Below are positions 1 to 12,852 of a stretch of 64,000 nt of DNA, piece after piece. The DNA lies in NCBI GenBank assembly GCA_964016885.1, contig OZ024741.1:240994001-241058000 (forward strand). Direction: 5' to 3'. The notes beneath the pieces were generated by a model. That model searched no databases. It was given only the letters and a program-made list of their open reading frames with translations, and was not told the origin of the DNA. The DNA is from Eledone cirrhosa. Its lineage: Eukaryota. The translations under genes and the position numbers were made by a program. How positions within the stretch are numbered: position 1 is the first letter of the stretch; each line of letters starts with the position of its first letter.

Positions 1-603
1 GCCTTCTCACTCCTGTTGGAGCAACCCCTCTCTGGTTGACCTCCACCTATTTCTATTTGGTTTGGCCATGTCAATAGTGTAGCCATACTCACCATGCTTG
101 GCCAATTATGGGTTGGTGAGTTTATTTCACCCATATTGAGGGTGGCTGGGCAGAGCATATTCAGGGAGGACCTGTGGGAGATGGGAATTACCTGGAGAGG
201 TGCTAGAAAGGCTGCCAGTGTCAGGATCAAGTGGTGGAAGCTCGTCGCCCAATGTTCTATAAGGGACTGGAGGAACTAAGACTAAGACTAAGACTAAGAG
301 GATGGATGGATGTTGACTCTGAGGAGTTTATCCTCTCCTTTAACAGCTCTTGTTTTTTGTGCTGTTGGGGTTCCATTTACCCTCTTCTCCAGACCAGAGT
401 TTGGTGGGGGAGCTAGGTTAGTCACTGACCACTCAGCCATGAGGTAGGTTGTACTGGGTTACATGGTACCAGTAGAGAGCAAAAGCCTGACTTGACTCCA
501 GGGATGGATATTTAGAACATATTTCTATTTCTTGTATCTTGTAGGTCAAGTTAACATATAGAAGCTCCGTATTGGCTGGTGTGTGTGTGTGTGTGCTGCA
601 TAA

Positions 604-1106
604 GTTGTGTGTTTAATGTGTACTGCTGTGTATGAAATATGTGCTGTTGTGTGTTCAATGTGTAGTGTTGTGTGTGAAATATGTTACTCTTGTGTGTTTA
701 ATGCGTACTGATGTGTGTGAAATATGTGCTGTTGTGTGTTTAATGTGTACTGTTGTGTGTGAAATATCTGTTGTTGAGTGTTTAATGTGTACTGTTGTGT
801 GTGAAATATGTGTTGTGTGTTTAATGTGTACTGCTGTTTGTGAAATATGTACTGTTGTGTGTTTAATGTGTACTGCTGTGTGTGAAATATGTGTTGTTGT
901 GTGTTTAATGTGTATTGCTGTGTGTGAAATATATGCTGTTGTGTGTTTAATGTGTACTGCTGTGTGTGAAATATGTGTTGTTGTGTGTTTAATGTGTACT
1001 GCTGTGTGTGAAATATATGCTGTTGTGTGTTTAATGTGTATTGCTGTGTGTGAAATATATGCTGTTGTGTGTTTAATGTGTACTGCTGTGTGTGAAATAT
1101 GTGCTG
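604..1106. repeat. 42-bp minisatellite, ~12 copies (two related 21-bp halves)
   Basis: Unit gtgtgtgaaatatgtgctgttgtgtgtttaatgtgtactgct repeated; explains ORFs 632..1246 and 655..1170. Confidence 0.95.
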
Positions 1107-1319
1107 CTACTGTTGTTTGTTTTTCCCTTGGACAACATCGATGGCATGGAAAAAAGAGACTGGTATGCATGGGCAGTGGATGGTCTTACACAAAATCACC
1201 TTGCACATGCTCGTGCCTTGGAAGAATCTTTCTAAGTGCCAACTGATGTTTGTCTAAGATGTGTTATTTTAGAATGTATCTCCAATATATTGTTTATACA
1301 TTGTTGTTTGTTGACTATT

Positions 1320-1602
1320 TAACTGATAAACTAACTGGATATATAACTGAAAAACTAGCTGGATATATAACTGATAAACTAACTGGATATATAACTGATA
1401 AACTAACTGGATATATAACTGATAAACTAGCTGAATATATAACTGATAAACTAACTGGATATATAACTGATAAACTAACTGGATATATAACTGATAAACT
1501 AACTGGATATATAACTGATAAACTAACTGGATATATAACTGATAAACTAACTGGATATATAACTGATAAACTAACTGGATATATAACTGATAAACTATCT
1601 GG
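1320..1602. repeat. 24-bp minisatellite, ~11-12 near-perfect copies
   Basis: Unit ataactgataaactaactggatat; explains ITDKLTGY / IQLVYQLY ORFs. Confidence 0.95.
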
Positions 1603-2209
1603 CTAGAACTTGTAGGCAGACTGTCTAGCAAGGTTGTATTTGGAATTTATATCATACACAGGATTACATCAGTTGTTGCGTGTATATATTTGAGGTGAAC
1701 AGTTTCTGAAGACTGTTGTTGTTATTGTAGCTCTTGTTATTGTTGCTGTTGTTGCTCTTGTTGTTTAGATCCAGATCATACCTGACTGGGCAGAATTATG
1801 CTCAAAGGAATTCCAGCTATGACTATCTTGTATTTTAAAGATATCTAGAACTACATTATATAAAGAATACTTGCCATTTTTAGTAGAGTGGAGTGTGAAT
1901 CGAGGGAAATCTAGGCTGTTATTTCTAACTGTGTGAGCCAGTAAAATAGATGAATTTGATAGATACTTAATTGGTCTCCAAGGTGTTGATATCCAAATGA
2001 TAGTCCATTCAAAGAAGGTTTTCAACCCCTCTATTCAAAAGACAGGTTGGCTGATGCTGAATGCTTCAGTTATTTATTTGAAAAGATTACCATTAGTGAA
2101 TATTGAGGTATTTGTTCATTGTCTTCCAACAAATTGGTGCTAATGGATTTGGTAAATTTAAATTTCACTTTATCAACCATACTACCACATAAGTCTATAT
2201 TTATGTTTG

Positions 2210-2248
<39 letters not shown>

Positions 2249-2277
2249 GTATATATATATATAATTTCCTCCTTATA

Positions 2278-2345
<68 letters not shown>

Positions 2346-2422
2346 TACTGGTGTCTTCCAAAAATGTATATATACTTTGATTAGAATGCTGTTGAAGTGT
2401 GTATACATTTTTGGGGAACACC

Positions 2423-2505
<83 letters not shown>

Positions 2506-3162
2506 TCAACACCATTTTATGTTCGTTTTCCATGTTGGCATGGGTTGGACATACAGACACAGGCACACACATACACACATGCCCACACATACTACACAAA
2601 CGTATGTGTACATGAGTGTGAGCGTGGGTGCATGTGTTTGTTTGTGTATGACCAACCCATGCCAGCAGGGAACATGGCTGTTAAATGATGATGGTGGTGA
2701 TATATGCATGTACATACATACACGCATACATACATATATCTACAAATATATACATATATATCCATACACATACACAAACGTCTGTATGTGTGTGTACTCT
2801 TGGTGCATAAAATTGGGATCTAGTATGGCTATCACAGGGAAACGTGAAAGGATAATGGCCAAAATTCGAGGTGGTTTTAGAGAAAAAGAAGAAGAAACTG
2901 CTATAATCTAAATTGAATTATCCTTCATTGCCCATAAGTTTCTGATTTTTAAGTGGTGCCATTATTGTCTGTTTTATTGCTATTGTATCTGGCGCCATAA
3001 TCTCTTTTTGACAGCCATACTTAATCTAGAAAATTCTTAATGGGATTTAAGACTTAAAATTACTAAGATAAATCTTAACTCATCATATGTGAATATAGTA
3101 ATCTCCCTCCCCTCCTCCTCCCCTTCCTCCTCCTCCTCCTCCTCCTCCTCCTCCTCCTCCTC

Positions 3163-3204
<42 letters not shown>

Positions 3205-3653
3205 ATTCTGTATTGTTCTTATTTTTATTTTTCAACTTCTTTTCCTTCTTTTCTCCCCTCCCTCTCCTCCTTATCCTCCCGTAAAAGAAAAGAAAAGGAA
3301 GACCCAAGAACTATATGGGAGGAAGCTGAACCTCATCAATAGTGATGTCCTGTGCAGCAGATGAGCCACCCACCCCGTTACCAGTGCAAACCTGGCAAAA
3401 CAATTATTAAAATAAAGATGGTGAAGTTGGAGGTGGGAAGAGGACATTGCCCCACCCAACTCTACTTTTTAATGTTGCACAGTCAAAATTTAGAAAAATT
3501 TGCCTTGATATACTTATACTGAAAGTTATCGTTAGAATTATTGAGAAGTAGAGTGCCCAACTGGAATATCCTGAAACCTGCCCTTTGTGTACCTTTGTTG
3601 TGAATCACCCATCATATTTACCAAATTCCTCCAAAGTAAGACACTTCCATGTC

Positions 3654-4463
3654 ATAATTGTCTCTACTTTAGGCACAAGGCCAGCAATTATCCAGTACAT
3701 TACTGGTACTTTATTTTATCGACCCCGTAAGGATGAAAGGCAAAGTCAACCTCAGCGGGATTTGAACTCAGACCGTAAAGGGACGTAACTATGCTGGAAA
3801 GCATGGCGTCCGACCCTCTACCGATACTGCCAATCCACCGTCATGATGATTCCTAATTTTGGTACAAGGCGAAATATTTTGGGGCAGGGGAAAGTCTATT
3901 AAATCAACTCCAGTGCATTACTGGTACTTTATTTTATCAACCCCGTAAGGATGAAAGGCAAAGCCAACCTTGGTGTGATTAGGACTCAGAACATAAAGGG
4001 CCATATTTATATGCTGCAAAGCATGATATCTGACACTCTACCAATACTGCCAATCCACTGCCCTTTTAAATGGTTTCTGATTTAGGTACAAAGACAATAA
4101 TTTGGGTGAGAGGAAAGTTGGTTAATTTTACCCCAGTGCATTACTGGTACTTTATTTTATCAACCCTGTAAGGATGAAAGGCAAAGCTAACCACGGTAGA
4201 ATTTGAACTCAGAACATAAAGGGCCGCAACTAAGCATGTTGTCTGATGCTCTACCGATACTGCCAATCCACCGCCCTCTCTCTTCCATGTCATAATTGTT
4301 TCTACTTTAGGCACAAGGCCAGCAATTACCCAGTGCATTACTGGTACTTTATTTTATCGACCCCCGTAAAGATGAAAGGCAAAGTCAACCTCGGCGGGAT
4401 TTGAACTCAGATCGTAAAGGGACGTAACTATGCTGGAAAGCATGGCGTCCGACTCTCTACCGA
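3654..4463 (-). mobile_element. Four head-to-tail copies of tRNA-derived SINE family A (~3654-3842, 3850-4063, 4070-4275, 4292-4463)
   Basis: Each reads on minus: A box tggcagtatcggtag, B box gagttcaaatcc, body ctttcatccttacggggtcgataaaataaagtaccag, tail ...gtagaaacaattat. Confidence 0.9.
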
Positions 4464-4837
4464 TTAATACAACCAATCTTACTTTCTGGTAGTGACACTT
4501 ACTAACAAACAAGAAATGTACCTCAATGGAATATATACACATATACATCTTTGTTTTGTTGTGCTCAAAAGATAAGCTGGAGGCAACATAAAACTCTTAT
4601 AGAAAGATACAATGGTTTCCCTCCTATTTCTGATATTGAGTGAAAGATAAGGCTGTGATATTTGCAGGCTATTGCACCTCAAATGAAGCTGCATTTCTTT
4701 TAGTGCTATGGAAACCAGCATCTGTTAAAAGCCAAAGAGGTCACAAGCTCTCGCACCCAGAGACTATGGTATTGATGTTCAGAATCTAGGTAATACAATG
4801 AGCCATAGACCTACGTGGAGATCTATTGTTGAGTCTA

Positions 4838-4900
4838 TTTCCGTCTAACCCATGCTAGCGTGGAAGATGGACGTTAAATGAAGATGATGATGATGAGATG
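4838..4900 (+). mobile_element. Isolated RTE-type 3' tail (stem-loop plus (GAT)n)
   Basis: ccgtctaacccatgctagcgtggaagatggacgttaaatga(tga)n matches the ends of RTE fragments at 23750-23814 and 51586-51656. Confidence 0.75.
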
Positions 4901-4924
4901 ATGATTTTGGTTGAGGTCACAGGT

Positions 4925-4935
4925 TGATGATAATT

Positions 4936-4966
<31 letters not shown>

Positions 4967-5075
4967 CTACCTGGTCTTCTACTATTATCACACTACTACT
5001 CTCTCTTTTTCTGCTGCTGCTGCTGCTGTGGCTACTACTACTACTACTCTACTACTACTTCTACTACTACTACTT

Positions 5076-5127
<52 letters not shown>

Positions 5128-5319
5128 CACTACTACTACTACTACAACTACAACTACTACCACCACCACCACCACCACCACCATCACTACTACTACTACT
5201 CCACCAAAACCACCACCACCACAACTACTACTACTACAAATACCACCACCACCACCACCACCACCACCACCACCACCACTACTACTACTACTACCACCAC
5301 CAAAACCACCATCACCACA

Positions 5320-5360
<41 letters not shown>

Positions 5361-5562
5361 CGCCATAACTACTACCACTACTACTACCACCACCACCACC
5401 ACCACCACCACCGCCAACACCACCAAAACTACTACTACTACTACCACCACCACCACCACCGCCGCCACCACCACCACCACCACTATCACCACCACCACCA
5501 CCACCACTACTACTGCTGCTACTACTACTACTACTACTACTACCACTATTACTACTACTACT
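4925..5562. repeat. Compound trinucleotide microsatellite (GAT)n/(ACT)n/(ACC)n
   Basis: Direct reading; source of the poly-H/Y/T/V ORFs. Confidence 0.95.
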
Positions 5563-6029
5563 ATCTCACCCAGAATGGTTATCACTTCCTCTCTGTCACC
5601 ATCAACTCTTCTACCCTACATCTATTTCCGCAGGACAATGCCTGTTGGATGAGAGATCGCATCGGCTATCTCTCTGTATTGGGTATCGTTGATCCTCCAT
5701 CCCTCCCCCTCCTCTCTCTCTGTCCCTTTCTCTCTCCCTCTCTTATTTAATTACATCGAGACTCTTTGTTTCTTTGTTGATATCTAACCATCTACATGTG
5801 CCCATATACAATACCATTTGCCCCCTAACCATTAACCATCATTCTCTCTCTTCCATGGGACACATAGATGTCATCCACAACTGTTGCCATCATATTTCTC
5901 TGGTTGTACCCATCACTGGCTCTCTCCCACCATGACTCGTCTCTATTACTTAATCTCCTACCAACAACCAACATGAAGCTGCCACTGTCCACCCACCACC
6001 TCCACTACCACTCTATTACTCATCCCACC

Positions 6030-6320
6030 TTGTTTGAAATCTATGGCAAACTCCCTCGAGCCTCTGCCCTTCTAAAATCCCGGAGAGCTCAATTTGCAGG
6101 CCACTGTCACCATGCCAGCAATGAAATCATATCCGCTCTCTTGCTCTGGAACCCTGACTCCAGCCTGACTAGGAGTAGGAAGCTGTCATTCCTTGACGTT
6201 ATCTCTAGGGATACGGGAATCAGTAGACGGGACCTGGGGGCAGCGATGGGGGACAGGGAATTCTGGGGCATGAGAGTGAGATCCATCATCTCGACAGTAG
6301 TCGACGAATGATGATGATTA
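6030..6320 (+). mobile_element. 3' fragment of an RTE/RTEX-type LINE ORF2
   Basis: IYGKLPRASALLKSRRAQFAGHCHH...LLWNP...RDTG...AMGDREFW is the typical RTE C-terminus (R.R..GH..R, DR..W); ends in tgatgatga. Confidence 0.8.
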
Positions 6321-8524
6321 CTCATGTTTACCCTTCATAAGCATATTCATATTCTGACTTTCTCCCTCATAAGACACTGAACTGTTCAATACACCTCTCA
6401 CTAATCTCACATCTACAGCTTCTCTGTTGCTATCCAGCCCTAGTTCTCATCAACTATGATATACCTTTATTGTTTAACATTCCGCCTATCAACAAGACCA
6501 CCACCAACAACAACTAGAATATAGTTAACACTGTCTCTCTTCTCCTCTCTACTATCCCATCAGTGTTACTCTCTTCACATTCATATTCATACTCAGACTT
6601 TTTTATGTTCCCCTTCACAAGACATGTAGATGTTATTCACTACTCTTACCATCACACCTGTCCAGCATTAGCTCTCTCCAACCACCACACACCCTATTGC
6701 TAAATCTCTTACCAACAACCAGCATGTAGCTACCACTGTTCTTCCTCCACTACCATTTCATCACCCTTTGTACCATTCATACACATATTCATACACTTAG
6801 TTGTTTATCCACTTCTCTTACCATCACACCTATGTTGCTATCCACCATTAGCTCTTTCTCTAACTATGATAGGGTAATGGTTAAAGACTCTCTTCATAAA
6901 TGACCATAAAATTTGTGCCTAGAAAGTTTCCTTTCCAAGACATAAGTCCAGGCTAAGTTGTTTGTGAAGACCAACAGTCATCCATGCATACCAGTCTCTC
7001 CATGCTGCTGATATTGTCCATGGGAAAGGCAATGTCTGATACAGCTTGGTATCACTGATGTCACAACTAATTTCTACAGCCAAATAAACTGGAAAGAACA
7101 GAACACACATCCCGGTCTAGGAACCAAACTCACAACCTTATGATTGTAAGCCTGATGCTCTAACCACAAAGCCACAAAGCCACAAACCTTTATCTCACTA
7201 TGATAAACTCCTATTATTCACCCTTCCTCCAGCATGTAGCTACAATTTTCTTTTTTCCTTCACACTCATATTCACAGTCTTTCTTCATTTTACCTCTTGG
7301 CTATCATCTGAGCCTCCAAATTTTGATAATTATATTTATATATCTAACAGTGGAATCTGCTAAAGAATGCTTACAATGGAGTTAATAGTTTCTCTCTGAA
7401 GCCAAGAGGCACATCAGGCCAGATCTTATCCTGGTGTCACTGGCCTTAAGTTATTTGGCCTACAAGCCAGGAAACTATCGTTGGGTTAACTCACAGCTGT
7501 TGCTGCTGATACTCATTTTTTTCAGCTGTGTAGACCGGAGCAACAAGAAACGAAGTATCTTGCTCAAGGATACAATATGACATTTGATCTGAGAACTAAA
7601 CCTGTGTCCCTATGAATATGAGCCCAATATAATAAATGATAAACCACATCCATAGTAACAGAGTGGATGCTGGCAAAGATAAACATAGGGCCAAATTGAG
7701 GGTGGGGTAAACAGTGATGTATTAAGTCTACAAACACAGCCACGTATTTTTATACTTATATCTAATACTGCTCTTTATATAACCAAACTGGATTTTTCCT
7801 CTATATCTCCTTCTTACTTCCTCTCTCTCACACTCCCTCTCTCTCTCACACTCTTACTCTCTCTCTCTCTCTCTCTTTGAAAGAAAGCAGCTGTGTTCAG
7901 AGCTGGAGATGGGATGGGCCATACTAGGTTTAAAGTGCCCAAGACATGCCATATGTCACGACAGTGCCCCTATGACTGCATCAGAAATGACGGGTTCATA
8001 CATACATATAACCAAACATGACAAAATTTCATCATAACTTCAGATGATAACAACATGCTGGGAAGAGCGGTGAACATTAGTTAAGGTCCAATAGTCATGC
8101 AATGGGTGAGCAAGTGCTAAATGTTGCAGGGGAGAAGGTGGATGTCATAGAGAATGGTGGCTAGAGGGTTTGGGAAGATGAGCATGGGAAACCAATAAAA
8201 CAAAATAGTAGATAGAAAAAGAAAAAGAAATTTTAGAGCGAATATATATATTCTTTTTGTATCTTAAAAAAAAAAAAAGAAAATGTCTGTTATCGTCAAC
8301 TGGATCAAATTAGGAATAAAGCAACACCTGAAAGTAAACGTAACATTCACACGCAGCTATGCTGCACTTATTGCACCGAAGAACGACAATGGGAAGCATA
8401 TGAACAAAGTTTGATGTATGCAGTACATCAGTGAGTTATCTTATTGAAAGTGTTGTAGCATATAATTACAGAACAATATGTTTGTGTGTGTGTGATGTAT
8501 ATTTCTGTGAGGGAGGGTCTGTGC

Positions 8525-8585
<61 letters not shown>

Positions 8586-8863
8586 TATATGTACATATAT
8601 ATATATATTTATTATATACATACATATAACATATGTATATATATGTATATATATATTATTATATATATATATTTATATAAATACATATATAATATATGTA
8701 TATATATATATATGTATATATATATTATTATATATATATATTTATATAAATACATACATGTATTTGTACATTATTTGCTATACATTTATAAACAATACTT
8801 AAAAAGTAATTTATAAATATATCACATTCCATATTTACAATAATAAATATTTACATATGCATA

Positions 8864-9206
8864 CACATGGCTTAGTGGTTAGAGCATTGGCCTTGCAATC
8901 GAAAGGTTGTGAGTTCAATTCTCAGACCGGGTGATGTGTTGTTTCCTTGAGCAAGACACTTTATTTCACATTGCTCCAGTTTACTCAGCTGTAGAAATGA
9001 GATGATAGGGACTGGGGTCCCTATCATTCCACTGCAAAGTGGTCGTGGAGGTGCCACAGCAAAAAAGTACCCAGCACTCACTGTAAATGAGGTTGGTGTT
9101 AGGAAGGGCATCCAGCTGTAGAAATCAAGCCAGAATCAGTTCCCGTCCCACCCTTGCAAGCAGGGAAAAGCGGACGTAAAATGATGATGATGATGATGAT
9201 GATGAT
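8864..9206 (+). mobile_element. tRNA-derived SINE family B with RTE-derived 3' end
   Basis: A box tggcttagtggttag, B box gagttcaattc, body cttgagcaagacactttatttcacattgctccag, (GAT)n tail; near-identical copies at 34272-34600 and 40178-40514. Confidence 0.9.
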
Positions 9207-9319
9207 ACACATATATCTGCATACATGTGTATATATATATACATGAACGTATGTATATATATATATATATGCATATACTTTTATATATATATATACATGA
9301 ATGTATGTATCTATCTATC

Positions 9320-9417
9320 TAGGGCGGGTAAAATTCCCGAGATCCATGGACAAGTTCTCTCCAGCGGTCCCTGTCCCTCATTATCGCTGCCATGTCCTGC
9401 ATCTCCAACAGACCAGT
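9320..9417 (-). mobile_element. Short 3' fragment of an RTE-type LINE in a (TA)n tract
   Basis: [29 protein letters not shown]; same family as 42886-43045. Confidence 0.75.
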
Positions 9418-9759
9418 GAATGTATGTATGTATGTATGTATGTATATATATATATATGCATATACTTTTATATATATATATATATATATGCGCACACATA
9501 TATCTGCATACATGTGTGTGTGTATATATATATATATACATGAATGTATATATATATATGCATATACTTTTATATATATATATGTATATACACACACACA
9601 CATACACACACCAGGGAAAGCTGACGTTAAGATGATGTTGGTGATGATGATGATATACATAGATGCATATGTATATGATGATATATATATATATATGCTT
9701 AAATATACATTCATTTATATATATATATATATATATATATGTGTATGTGTGTGTTCATT

Positions 9760-9874
<115 letters not shown>

Positions 9875-10183
9875 TATATATGTGTGTGTGTGTTATGCAT
9901 GTACATATATACTTATAATACATATATATAAGTGTGTCTGCTAAAAGCTTTTGGTTCAGCAAAAACAACTTGAAAACAATTTTCAAAAATTTTCATAAAT
10001 TCTTTTCCTCTAAATTTTTCTCCACTATCCACAAATATTTAGAACTTTGGAAGATGTTGAAAAGCCAAATGGAGAAAAATGAAATTATTTATCAACCTTC
10101 AGCAATGTTTTTACACTTCTACACGCACCACACATACACACACGCACACACATACACATGCACACACACATACATACATACAG

Positions 10184-10221
<38 letters not shown>

Positions 10222-10409
10222 CACACATATATGTATTCACACCTAGATATATAGACATGCATGCAAAAGCCTTTATCTTCGTGATGAAGGAACAGAACAC
10301 ATCACCCGTAGAGATGCAGCTGTTGGAAGGATGAGGAGGAGAGAGGAAAATGTAGAAAGAGAGAGGGAAGTAAAGAGAGAGAGAGAGGAATAAAGAGAGA
10401 TAGATAGAT

Positions 10410-10474
<65 letters not shown>

Positions 10475-10900
10475 GAAGAAGTAAGAGAGATAGAAAAATC
10501 TATGTTGCTCTGATCATTTCTGTGTGAGAACATGCATCATGCACCATGCATTGTTGTCAATGCAGCCAACTGCACTCTACTACAACCAGCCTCAATGCTG
10601 AATATGTTATATTTCAAAGCTCTTTTTAACAACATGATTTATTGTTGTGTTGTTTAGCCCTAGGTCAACCCTCATTGAGAAGACATTATCAAATGAATTA
10701 CAGCTATAACCATCCCATCTTGTTTTGGGTATTTAGTACTGTATTATCCAATGTGTACTTCCCTTTCTCAAAACTGTAGGGCATAATTCATGAGATATTT
10801 GGCTGCTATTTCTAGCAGGTTTTGCTACCTTATAGCAGGCTTCCTGTTTGGCTCATACATATACATATATATAGACATAAAATGTTTGAATGTAATTTAA

Positions 10901-11211
10901 CCCTTTAGCGTTTACATTACTCTATATTTACCATTTTATTTTACGGGGTCGATAAAATAAAGTACCAGTAATGCACTGGGTAATTGCTGGCCTTGTGCCT
11001 AACGTAGAAACAATTACTCTATATTTACCATTATATTTTCATGGTAAATGCTTTACCTCACATAATTACCTCTCATAATATCGAATCTATGAGATTTTGA
11101 TGGTATTTATTTTGAGAACAATACCGTAACAGCAGTATGAGTGGCTGGTTACAGCCGATTTGAGAGGTGTGAGAAAGCTGGCCGTATACAGCCGGTTTAA
11201 ATGCTAAAGGG
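10901..11211. mobile_element. piggyBac-like MITE (ccctttagc...gctaaaggg) interrupted by a 5'-truncated SINE-A
   Basis: TTAA at left, terminal inverted repeats, homologous to 43702-43909 and 44294-44514; SINE fragment ~10936-11012 flanked by 20-bp duplication attactctatatttaccatt. Confidence 0.8.
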
Positions 11212-11898
11212 ATTGAAGAAGATATAGTTGCTATATCTTGCAGTTTTAATTACCATGTAGAGGTTTCATTTATTGTTTCATACACACACACACACACACA
11301 CATATAAAGACAATAGGATGTCACCTGTGGAGAATTGACTGCTACATCTAACAGGTTGAGTGACACTATAAAGGTTCTAAAATTGGTTCATTTTAACCTG
11401 ATGTGTGTTTAGTGATAGAAGAAAGGCTTGGTTTGATAAATTTTCACTTTTACCTCCTGCAGATCCTCCAGCAGAGTTAAGAAACACGAGGGGGGATACA
11501 TATTTTAGATTTGTCTTGATGGATACAGAAATATTAATGACTGTTTTATATTATAGCTATTGGCTTTTTATGTGCCCCTTACTTATTCCATCTGAGAAGA
11601 GCTGAGTTCTCTGACCTCTCTAAAATTCTAAAACAGAAGTGATGATAGGTATGCCATTTGGCAAGGGACTTTGATTAAAAGGAAGCAGGGTAAAGTAGAG
11701 CAACTAACATCAAGTTATGGTTCTTTTATTGTGTTCTGTTACTTATAAGTATATCATGTACATTAAATGTACATCCATATACTTGTAACACATATATAAA
11801 GTATTTAGCACTGATTACCAAACATAAAAAGCAGTTTAAAATGGAGTCGATATTTCACATCTGACCTGGGCTTACCATCAGCTTTGGAGGACTACATC

Positions 11899-12086
11899 CA
11901 GGACTAGATTAAGTCTCCTTGAAGCTCTAAGCACTAAAAAGGTTATGGTGCCCTGCTTACATATATAAAGTGTGCAAAACACATTTTTTGCAATGATAAA
12001 TACATTTAATTTGAATAAAATGGCACCCTTCTTCTGTTGATGCTTTAAACATGTGCTTATCTTCCTTAGTAGTTAATCCAGTCATG
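11899..12086. mobile_element. Possible old hAT-like MITE
   Basis: Imperfect 14-bp TIR caggactagattaa / ttaatccagtcatg; 8-bp flanks only partly match. Confidence 0.35.
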
Positions 12087-12852
12087 CCAACATTTCACAA
12101 CCTGCTCGAGCCTGTTACCAGCTTTGAAGGCTTACATTTCACATCTAATCTGGCCCCATTGTCAGCTTTGCAGGGGGCTGCCTATGAGCTTTGAAGGCCT
12201 CTTTAGATTGTTGCAGACAATGTAGTTGAGAATGAGTTTGAACTGCTCAAGGTTGGTGTTAGTCACATAAATACAGACATTGTGAAACTCCAGAAGACAT
12301 TACAGCTTCTCCTCTGCACTCAATATGACAGTATGTAAGCAAGATATAGACCCCTCAATCACTCTAGTGATAGTGGTAGTATTGGTGGGCATCTATAAAG
12401 GGTTTAGTGTTAATATTTTGTTTGTGAAATAATGTGGGAATAAGTTTTTTTTTCATTATTGTTGTTAATTGTTTAACCTCTAATTGACATTGATCGAGAA
12501 AATTTATGATCAAAAGCATTTCAGCTATGGCTTTCATATTTTGTGTTATGAGTTAGGCCATATTACTATTGTATTTTTTTTCTTTTTAAGACAGTTAATA
12601 CAAGCCTGCTTACTGCTATAAATGGTCCTCATTTTAAAGACATTTGAACAGTATTTCTCGTAGGGAAGTATGAGGATTGAATGGATGTATGTGGATAAAA
12701 TGGCCTCTATTCCATAGCTACTACATTTAGAATAGATCAAGTAATTACATACAATATTCCTCAATATTTCTAATGTTCTTAATTTAAAGACAAAGTTTGT
12801 TGATGGACACTTCACTCCAACACTGATCACCACTGATAACTGTTTGTGTCTG

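Noticed and set aside
632-1246. Cys-rich ORF with repeated CxxC (metallothionein or zinc-finger-like)
   Set aside because: Pure translation of a TG-rich 42-bp minisatellite; other frames are equally open
1320-1602. CRISPR-like array (also considered for 26493-26657 and 35802-36130)
   Set aside because: Units are contiguous with no unique spacers; eukaryotic context; no cas genes
1-2180. Single long minus-strand exon through both minisatellites
   Set aside because: All three minus frames contain several stops; stop density in unique parts is not clearly below chance
8864-8935. tRNA gene (also SINE-A heads)
   Set aside because: A/B boxes present but no complete cloverleaf and each continues into a SINE body
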